A stretch of DNA of 64,000 bases from an uncultured delta proteobacterium (lineage in GTDB: Bacteria > Myxococcota_A > Polyangia > Polyangiales > Houyiibacteriaceae). The notes under the pieces were generated by a model. That model did not search any database. It worked only from the letters and a program-made list of their open reading frames with translations, and was not told the origin of the DNA. Below, one piece after another: positions 57,127-64,000 of the stretch. The translations under genes and the position numbers were made by a program. Positions within the stretch are counted from its first letter, which is position 1, and every line of letters starts with the position of its first letter. The stretch lies in the NCBI GenBank assembly GCA_963699755.1, contig CAVOVB010000002.1:448001-512000 (forward strand), read 5' to 3'.

Positions 57127-58857
57127 ATGGCGGAGTGGGACCGTACAGTCGATCTACTGGTAATGGGAAGCGGTGCGGCCGGCATGGGGGCAGCGGTGCG
57201 CGCGCACGACCTCGGGTTGGATGTGCTGCTCGTCGAAAAGAGCGACCTTTACGGCGGCAACTCCGCGATGTCAGGCGGCGTCTGTTGGGTAGCGAACAAT
57301 CCCGGCATGGCGCGGGAAGGCATCCGCGACTCCGATGAAAAGGGCTTCGAATACCTGAGGCACATCACCAAGGGCGAGGTACCCGACGATCGGCTCTGGC
57401 TTTACATCCGCGAGAGCAAGCGAGTGCTTGCCTACCTGCACGACGAGACCCACGTCCGCTACGTCCCGCTGGCGAAGTACACCGACTACTACCCCGAAGC
57501 GCCCGGCGGGCTTCCGGGAGGACGCTCGATGGACCCGGTCCCGTTCGACGGCTCGAAGCTACGCGAAGACTTGATGCGCCTGCGAAGGCCCCACCCTCAA
57601 TCCCAGATCCTCGGGAAGTTCGGGATCACTGCGAAGGAAGCACAGGCGGCGATCGGTGTAGGCTTCAGGACGATGTTGTTCATGGCCTGGCAGATGTTCC
57701 TGTACATGCTGCGGCACTTCAAGCGCAAGCGCTGGGGACGGGACACCAAGCTCTGCGCCGGCAACTCGTTGATGGGGCGTCTCTTGCTTTCGTTGAAAGA
57801 CCGGAACGTGCCGGCCTGGCTCAACACGACCATCGAAGAGCTCGTTTTCGAGAATGGCAGGGTCGTCGGAGCTGTGATCAGCAAGGAGGGCGAAACCATT
57901 CGGGTAAAGAGCAATCGTGGCGTCGTTCTCGCGGCCGGAGGGTTTTCACGGAATCTCCAGATGCGGCAACAGTACCAGCGGCATCCGATTACGACCGAGT
58001 GGACCGCAGGAACGCGCTCGAACACCGGTGATGGCATCCTGATGGGGCGCGATGCCGGCGCAGCGCTCGACTTGATGGACGAAGCTTGGTGGACGCCCGT
58101 CTCGATGGTGCCGAATTCGCCTTTTTCGTGGGTTCTGGTCGTCGAAAAGAGCCTGCCGCATGGGCTATTCGTCAACCAGGCGGGGAGGCGATTCACCAAC
58201 GAGGCGGCGCCGTACATCGATGTCGTCAACGGGATGTACGACGACGTGGCGAAAACCGGCGCGACGAATCCGCGCTGGTTCCACATCTTTGATGCGACGT
58301 ACAGGAAGTCGTCGATCGCTGGACCGGTTGCGCCAGGCAAAGTCATGCCCGACAAACAGCTCCCGCGCCGCTACCGTGATGGCAAGTTCCTCTACAAGGC
58401 CGACACGCTCGACGAGCTTTGCGTGCAACTCGGCATTCCAGCGACGACCGTGAAGTCAACGATTGCGCGTTTCAACGAGTACGCCGTCAAGGGCGAGGAT
58501 CCAGACTTCAACCGCGGCTGGAGCGCGCAAGATCGCTACTACGGCGATCCGAGAGTGAAGCCCAACTGTTCGCTCGGCCCGGTCGAGACCGGTCCGTTTT
58601 ACGCCGTACAGATCTACCCCGGTGACCTCGGAACGAAGGGCGGCCTCGTCACCGACGAGCACGCTCGCGTGTTGAAAGAGGACGGTCAGCTGATCCCTGG
58701 CCTCTACGCCGCGGGCAATTCGTCGGCGTCGGTGATGGGGCGCACGTATCCTGGCGCGGGCGGCACAATCGGCCCCGCGCTGACGTTTGGATTCCTGGCG
58801 GCCGAGGACGCTGCCCGGGAACCGAGCAGTCAGAACGCCCAGGAAGCCGCCCAGTGA
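57127..58857 (+). CDS. kstD: 3-ketosteroid delta-1-dehydrogenase (KstD/AcmB-like FAD enzyme)
   Basis: GSGAAG, EKS..YGGNSAMSGG..W, YTDYYPEAPGG..GGRS, DEAWW, RFTNEAAPY, DRYYGD, GDLGTKGG, VMGRTYPGAGGTIG. The catalytic Tyr-bearing motifs of KstD are present. Confidence 0.85.
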   Translation: MAEWDRTVDLLVMGSGAAGMGAAVRAHDLGLDVLLVEKSDLYGGNSAMSGGVCWVANNPGMAREGIRDSDEKGFEYLRHITKGEVPDDRLWLYIRESKRVLAYLHDETHVRYVPLAKYTDYYPEAPGGLPGGRSMDPVPFDGSKLREDLMRLRRPHPQSQILGKFGITAKEAQAAIGVGFRTMLFMAWQMFLYMLRHFKRKRWGRDTKLCAGNSLMGRLLLSLKDRNVPAWLNTTIEELVFENGRVVGAVISKEGETIRVKSNRGVVLAAGGFSRNLQMRQQYQRHPITTEWTAGTRSNTGDGILMGRDAGAALDLMDEAWWTPVSMVPNSPFSWVLVVEKSLPHGLFVNQAGRRFTNEAAPYIDVVNGMYDDVAKTGATNPRWFHIFDATYRKSSIAGPVAPGKVMPDKQLPRRYRDGKFLYKADTLDELCVQLGIPATTVKSTIARFNEYAVKGEDPDFNRGWSAQDRYYGDPRVKPNCSLGPVETGPFYAVQIYPGDLGTKGGLVTDEHARVLKEDGQLIPGLYAAGNSSASVMGRTYPGAGGTIGPALTFGFLAAEDAAREPSSQNAQEAAQ

Positions 58858-59327
58858 GCGGACGCGACTGGCGCGCCTTCGGGCGTCTTCACGCCGCGCT
58901 CTACAAGGCCTTGGGGGGCCGCTTCGTCGACCGTGTCGGTTTGGGCCGCAAAGTCCTTCTCCTCACCACCACAGGCCGCAGGTCCGGCCAGCCGCGAACC
59001 ACCCCGCTGGTCTACATGCCGCAGGGCAAGGACCTGGTCGTCTACCCCTCCAACGGTGGCAAAGAATCCGAACCCGCCTGGTGGCTCAACCTCCAAACCA
59101 CCCCCGCGGCAACGATCCAGATCGGCAAGGAAACCCGCCCAATTCGAGCCCGCCAAGCCACCGGCCCAGAATACGCAGCGATCTGGCCCGAAGCCGCCCG
59201 ATACAACCCCCACTGGCGCAGCTACGCCCAAGCAGTCCAACGCCCAATCCCCCTCGTCATCCTACAGGGGGTCGATGTCCAGGGTGGCGTGGGCGGGGGG
59301 GAGGCCGGCCTCGATTCGGGCGGCTAG
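58854..59327 (+). CDS. Ddn-family deazaflavin (F420)-dependent oxidoreductase
   Basis: VLLLTTTGRRSGQPRTTPLVY, SNGG...PAWWLNL, RPIPLVIL; GTGA overlap with kstD. Confidence 0.88.
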   Translation: MSGRDWRAFGRLHAALYKALGGRFVDRVGLGRKVLLLTTTGRRSGQPRTTPLVYMPQGKDLVVYPSNGGKESEPAWWLNLQTTPAATIQIGKETRPIRARQATGPEYAAIWPEAARYNPHWRSYAQAVQRPIPLVILQGVDVQGGVGGGEAGLDSGG

Positions 59328-61547
59328 GAGGGCGGTGACGTTGCGGAGGAGCTTGCGGTCGGGGGACTTCAGCAGGAGGCGATAGCGGTAGCGGCCTCGG
59401 AGGCGCACCAGGGGTGCAGGAGCCGGACCCAGTACTTGGACTGCTCCGTCTTTGACGGACTGGTGTTGACGGGCGGTGTCGGCGAGCAGTTGGGTTGCGC
59501 CGCGCGCATCGTCTTCGGCGCCGGCGTGGACACGTATCGTCACGAGACGCGTGAAGGGTGGATAGCCGACTTCTTCCCGGTCGCGGATCTCTTCGGCGTA
59601 GAAGCCTTCGTAGTCATGTTGTGCAGCCAAACGCACCGCTGGATGATCTGGCTGGAACGTTTGAAGGATGACTTCACCAGGGCTGTCGGCGCGGCCTGCG
59701 CGGCCTGCAACCTGCGCAAGCAGTTGAAACGTTCGCTCGGATGCGCGGAAATCCGGGAAAGCGAGACTTTGATCCGCAAGAGCGACCCCAACAAGGGTCA
59801 CTCCGGCAATGTCGTGCCCCTTGGTGACCATTTGCGTACCCACCAGCACGTCGATCTCGCCAGTCCGCAAACGATCGAGGACCTCCTCGACCCCGTCCCC
59901 CGATGCAGTGTCGCGATCGAGCCGAGCGACGCGGGCCCTCGGAAAAGCGTCTTCGACAGCCTTCTGCAATTGCTCCGTCCCCACGCCGAGCCGTTTGTAC
60001 TCATTGTTTCCGCAAGCCGTGCATGGAACGACCACCGCACGATGGAAGTCACAGTAGTGACAGCGGAGTGCGCCCTGCCCGCGATGTTCCGTGAGTGCGA
60101 CGCTGCACGCGGGGCATTCGGCCACCGCGCCGCAGGAGGCGCAGCGCAGGCTCGGCGCAAAACCACGCCGGTTGAGAAAGATGATCGCTTGGTGCCCGGT
60201 CTCCAAGCAACGGCTGAGCGCTGCATGGAGCGGTCCGGAAAGGAGCGGATGGCCTGTCGGACCGGTCCGGTGTCGCCGCAGGTCGACGATTTCGACTTCC
60301 GGCAAGGTCGCGCCGGTCGCGCGCGTCGGCAGCGACAGCAAACCAAGGAGGCCCTGATTCGCGCGATGATAGGTCTCGACCGCAGGCGTCGCGCTCCCGA
60401 GCACACAAACCGCCCCGGCGTACTGCGCCCGGAGCAAGGCCATGTCCCTGGCGTGATAGCGAAAGCCCTCGTCCTGCTTGAACGAAGGGTCGTGCTCCTC
60501 ATCGACCACAATCAATCCGAGGTTCGCAACCGGCGCAAACAAGGCAGAGCGCGCCCCGATGGCGACACTGACCCTCCCCTTACGGAGCGCTTGCCAGGCG
60601 TCGTCTCGTTGGCGCGCCGTGAGCCCACTGTGAAGGACGGCGATGTCGTCACCAAAGCGCGCGCGGAATCGCCCGACGAGCTGCGGTGTCAACGCAATCT
60701 CGGGCACGAGCAAGATCGCCCCAAGGCCGGCCTTTCTCACTTCGTCGATCGCGCGAAGGTAGACCTCGGTTTTTCCCGATCCGGTGACACCATGAAGAAG
60801 AAACGCCTCGCCGCTGCGTTTCATGAGCGCATCGACGAGCGTGTCGATCGCCACTTGCTGAGCGGGATTTGGCGAATGCGGTTCGTCGCGGCTCACCGGA
60901 ATTCGAAAGAACGGATCGCGAATGGCTTCGACCTCTTCAAATTCGACGAGCCCTTTGTCCGCGAGCGATCGCACGACGGCACGGGGGTCGTTGACCTCCC
61001 CGCGGAGCTCATCGAGCAAGATCGAATCGCGATCCGCGAACCAATCCATGAGCTTCTTCTGCCGAGCGCCCAGGTGCATGTCCGAAGCGTCCTTCCCGGT
61101 GGCCGTCACCTGCCAGGTTCGATGATGCGCAACGCGCTGCCCAGGGAGGTTCTCCTGGGCTTCGAGAAACCCATCTTTGCGCAATCGTCGCATGGCCCCG
61201 ACTGGCAGCGCAGGGGCCGCCGCACGCAGGACCTCGCCGAGCGGGTGCATGTAGTACTTGGCTGCCTGATCGAGGAACCGAAGCAACTCCGGCGTGAAAA
61301 CAGGCTCAGAGTCGAGCAGCCCTGCCACAGGAAGCGCTCGCGCCAAGCCCTCGGGAAGCTCCTGCCGCCAGCCCACGACGAAACCCGCGAGCTTCCGCCG
61401 GCTGAACGAAACGGCGACACGGCTTCCTGGCCGGAGCACGCCCCGCAGCTTGAGCGGCACCTCGTAGGTGAACACCTTTCGGAGCGGAACCGGAAGGGCC
61501 ACTTCGACGTACGGCGATTCGATCGACTCCGCGGCCCGCTCAGACAT
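59262..61547 (-). CDS. priA: Primosomal protein N'
   Basis: LLHGVTGSGKTEVY, LVPEIALTPQ, VDEEHD.SFKQ, GSATP, LNRRGF, four CxxC, GTQMVTKGHD, QVAGRAGR, DIDP. Confidence 0.97.
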   Translation of the reverse strand: MSERAAESIESPYVEVALPVPLRKVFTYEVPLKLRGVLRPGSRVAVSFSRRKLAGFVVGWRQELPEGLARALPVAGLLDSEPVFTPELLRFLDQAAKYYMHPLGEVLRAAAPALPVGAMRRLRKDGFLEAQENLPGQRVAHHRTWQVTATGKDASDMHLGARQKKLMDWFADRDSILLDELRGEVNDPRAVVRSLADKGLVEFEEVEAIRDPFFRIPVSRDEPHSPNPAQQVAIDTLVDALMKRSGEAFLLHGVTGSGKTEVYLRAIDEVRKAGLGAILLVPEIALTPQLVGRFRARFGDDIAVLHSGLTARQRDDAWQALRKGRVSVAIGARSALFAPVANLGLIVVDEEHDPSFKQDEGFRYHARDMALLRAQYAGAVCVLGSATPAVETYHRANQGLLGLLSLPTRATGATLPEVEIVDLRRHRTGPTGHPLLSGPLHAALSRCLETGHQAIIFLNRRGFAPSLRCASCGAVAECPACSVALTEHRGQGALRCHYCDFHRAVVVPCTACGNNEYKRLGVGTEQLQKAVEDAFPRARVARLDRDTASGDGVEEVLDRLRTGEIDVLVGTQMVTKGHDIAGVTLVGVALADQSLAFPDFRASERTFQLLAQVAGRAGRADSPGEVILQTFQPDHPAVRLAAQHDYEGFYAEEIRDREEVGYPPFTRLVTIRVHAGAEDDARGATQLLADTARQHQSVKDGAVQVLGPAPAPLVRLRGRYRYRLLLKSPDRKLLRNVTALLAARIEAGLPPAHATLDIDPL

Positions 61548-61554
61548 CGACCGC

Positions 61555-62625
61555 CTACTCGCGCTCGACGAGGGTTCCGTCTCTGCGAAACTTACCTCGG
61601 CGCCGGTCCGGGTCCCGGGAATAGACCGCAAACGATAAGTCGTCGCACTCGCCAGCAGCGAGGCGGTGCATGGCCGCCATCGCGATCATCGCCGCGTTGT
61701 CGGTGCATGAAATGGGAGGCGGGACGAAGAGTTGAATCCCGTTAGCGTCGCAAACCTCTTTGGCTCGCGCTCGCAGCCCGCGATTCGCGGCAACGCCCCC
61801 GCTGATGACCAGTCGATTGAGCTCTTCCAGCTTGCACGCAAGCATCGACTTCCGAACGAGGCTTTCGACGATCACGCCCTGAAACGAGGCACAGAGATCG
61901 GCGAGCTCCTGCTCATCGCTGGGAGCACCGTACCGTTGAACGTGGCGCGCGAGGGCGGTCTTGAGGCCCGAGAAGCTGAACTCCAAGGTCTTCCGCGAGG
62001 CCATCGGGAGTGGAAACGAGAAGGCATGGGGGTTTCCACGGGCAGCCAGTCGATCGATCAGGGGGCCGCCGGGATAACCAAGCCCAAGAAGCTTGGCAGC
62101 TTTGTCGAATGCCTCGCCGGCGGCGTCGTCACGGGTTTGCGCCAGAAGCTCGATCTCGCGACGCGCTTCCACACGGTAAAGCGCCGTGTGCCCGCCGCTC
62201 ACGAGCAAGCCCACGAACGGCATTGCTGGGCCGGGCTCCAGCCCGCCGTCACTCGACCGACGCAGGTACACCGCAAAGAGGTGGCCATCCAAGTGGTTCA
62301 CGCCCACGAGCGGCTTGCCGATGCTCCAGGCCAAGGCCTTCGCGACCTGCACGCCAACCAGAAGCGAGCCCACCAGACCCGGACCCTGTGTGACGGCGAT
62401 CGCGTCGACGTCTTCGAGCCCACCCGGCGCCTTGGCGAGCGCTGCACGAATCACGGGGATGATCGCTTGCATGTGCGCGCGCGAAGCAAGCTCGGGGACG
62501 ATGCCACCATAGGGCCCGTGCATAGCGACTTGACTCGCCACCACGTCGGCAAGCACCTCCCCTGACTCGTCGACGAGCGCCGCGGCCGTCTCATCACAGG
62601 AGCTTTCGATCCCGAGCACTCGCAT
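61555..62625 (-). CDS. tsaD: tRNA N6-threonylcarbamoyltransferase
   Basis: MRVLGIESSCDETAA, GGIVPELASRAH, GPGLVGSL, VNHLDGH, VSGGHT, DDAAGEAFDK, CTDNAAMIA. Confidence 0.97.
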   Translation of the reverse strand: MRVLGIESSCDETAAALVDESGEVLADVVASQVAMHGPYGGIVPELASRAHMQAIIPVIRAALAKAPGGLEDVDAIAVTQGPGLVGSLLVGVQVAKALAWSIGKPLVGVNHLDGHLFAVYLRRSSDGGLEPGPAMPFVGLLVSGGHTALYRVEARREIELLAQTRDDAAGEAFDKAAKLLGLGYPGGPLIDRLAARGNPHAFSFPLPMASRKTLEFSFSGLKTALARHVQRYGAPSDEQELADLCASFQGVIVESLVRKSMLACKLEELNRLVISGGVAANRGLRARAKEVCDANGIQLFVPPPISCTDNAAMIAMAAMHRLAAGECDDLSFAVYSRDPDRRRGKFRRDGTLVERE

Positions 62626-63185
62626 CAAAGCGTCTCTCGGTGAAGACCAAATACACCGAAGTAGTCGCAATTGCCGCTATCGATCTCGCCGCAGTCGGAA
62701 GGATCGCAGATCTCCAGTCCGGGACCTGCAATCAGGCGAACCTCGACATTGCCGCCCCGAAGGAGCGAGAGGAAGACCATCACGTCCCGCCCGGCAAGTG
62801 GACCGGCATCGGGCTTCGCAACGAATATGTAGTTTCGGAGCCTACCGCCGCCCGGAAACTCGTACAGCCCGAGCTGGTCATGCGCGAGCGGGGGGATTGG
62901 CAGCAGCGGGGTGTCGTTGAACGTGGAACCGCAGATCTCACCGCTAGTCGAGATCGTGCCTGGGTTCGCATACTGCTGCTCCGGGTCGAAGGTGAGGTCG
63001 AGGGTCACACCCGAAGGGAAGCCCCGACGAATGAAAGAGCAATCGATGCCATCAGGGCAACTGAGGGGATCGTTCACGCCTACGATGTCGCCCCGGTAGA
63101 CCTCGCCCTCCCCAGTGGTGAATTCACCAAGCGAATCGCAGCCGAACGCAGCGATCAGAACGCAGATCCACCAGCAGCGCCGCAT
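62625..63185 (-). CDS. Hypothetical lipoprotein
   Basis: Lipobox AAFGC; its TGA overlaps the tsaD ATG; beta-rich with several cysteines. Confidence 0.7.
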   Translation of the reverse strand: MRRCWWICVLIAAFGCDSLGEFTTGEGEVYRGDIVGVNDPLSCPDGIDCSFIRRGFPSGVTLDLTFDPEQQYANPGTISTSGEICGSTFNDTPLLPIPPLAHDQLGLYEFPGGGRLRNYIFVAKPDAGPLAGRDVMVFLSLLRGGNVEVRLIAGPGLEICDPSDCGEIDSGNCDYFGVFGLHRETL

Positions 63186-63206
63186 GCAGCGAAGCATAGC
63201 AGAGTG

Positions 63207-64000
63207 CTAGATGCTGGCCCGGAGCGTTTTGCTCGCAGAAAGCCAGCGCCGATAGCCGGGCGCATCGCCCGCTTGGGCAGCCAGGGTGCTGGCCTCTTCA
63301 TAGCGAAACTGGGCCTCGCGCGCTCGGCCAGCCAGCTCGTCGATCGAGCCCAGCATCCCGACGGCTCGCGCGACCAGGCTCAAACCACCGTTCGCTTTGC
63401 CTTCCCGCTCGACGCTGGTGAGCTCGTGGGCGGCGCCTTCGTGGTCGCCAGCTGCAGTCAGAGCATCGGCAAGCTCGAGCCGCGCTCGCGAGATGGTCTC
63501 CGGCTTCGCGCCGATCTCGGTGAAAAGCTCGAGCGCGCGCCGATAGGCATTGGCGGCATGCTGCGGGTCGCCCTCGATGCGGCGAATGCGACCGATGGCG
63601 ACCTGCAAGTGTGACTCAATCGAAGGCTCGACCCCTGCGACCAGCTCGAGTGCCTGGCCGAACTGCCGCATGGCATCGCGAGGGCGATCTCGACGCGCGG
63701 CAATGCGACCGAGGGACAACAGCATGTTGGCCCGGTCCGCGCTGTTCGGCGCAGTGAGGTCGAGCGCCTCGCGAAGCACGCCATCTGCACCCGCCGCATC
63801 GCCCGATCGAGCGAGCGCCTCGCCCAGCTTTCTGCTGAAGGTTGCGATGGCCCGATCGTAGACGGTGTCGCCGCTCTCCAGGGTTTGGCGGCGAGCGATC
63901 TCGAGTGCGCGCCGGTACTGAAGGACTGCACCGAGGTGATCGCCTCGAGCCATCGACGCATCCCCTGCCTTCTCCAGCACCACGAGGCTGGACACGGGAT
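63207..64000 (-). CDS. TPR-repeat region, C-terminal part of a larger protein (5' end outside window)
   Basis: Repeated A...YRRALE and LG..A helical TPR patterns; the frame is open at the window edge. Confidence 0.75.
   Translation of the reverse strand, partial: PVSSLVVLEKAGDASMARGDHLGAVLQYRRALEIARRQTLESGDTVYDRAIATFSRKLGEALARSGDAAGADGVLREALDLTAPNSADRANMLLSLGRIAARRDRPRDAMRQFGQALELVAGVEPSIESHLQVAIGRIRRIEGDPQHAANAYRRALELFTEIGAKPETISRARLELADALTAAGDHEGAAHELTSVEREGKANGGLSLVARAVGMLGSIDELAGRAREAQFRYEEASTLAAQAGDAPGYRRWLSASKTLRASI

Noticed and set aside
59436..61745. 769-aa ORF antisense to priA
   Set aside because: Shadow ORF typical of high-GC codon bias; no recognisable motifs, and priA is unambiguous.

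Overview
A GC-rich, gene-dense 64 kb stretch of core chromosome. It is most likely from a myxobacterium (Myxococcota), inferred from an MXAN_5187-type C-terminal domain, a Tgl/PilF-like TPR lipoprotein, a DUF4388-type Ser/Thr kinase and a HEAT-repeat chemosensory cluster. It holds about 60 CDS: trpA/B/F, korAB, a receptor-less che cluster, recO, oppDF, a sigma32-family factor, two Ser/Thr kinases, fabH, cls, an MscS channel, glgX-malQ-glgP, an octaheme-TPR protein, pduO-fmt-def, a KstD/AcmB-like dehydrogenase with a Ddn-family partner, priA and tsaD. It also carries tRNA-Leu(CAA) and a probable 6S RNA with its own sigma70 promoter. I saw no CRISPR array, transposase or integrase. The best leads are six. 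(1) A perfect TnnAACnnGTTnnA palindrome, the actinobacterial KstR operator motif, lies over the kstD promoter, with degenerate copies before korAB. (2) A ~135-nt branched RNA structure with alternative pairings lies upstream of glgX. (3) A pseudo-histidine kinase (intact H-box, dead ATPase domain) ends the che cluster. (4) A Crp-family gene is frameshifted at a homopolymer. (5) A sigma54 promoter precedes an RpoH paralog. (6) An exported protein has five CxxC motifs at exact 9-residue spacing. All calls come from reading motifs by eye; no database search was run.
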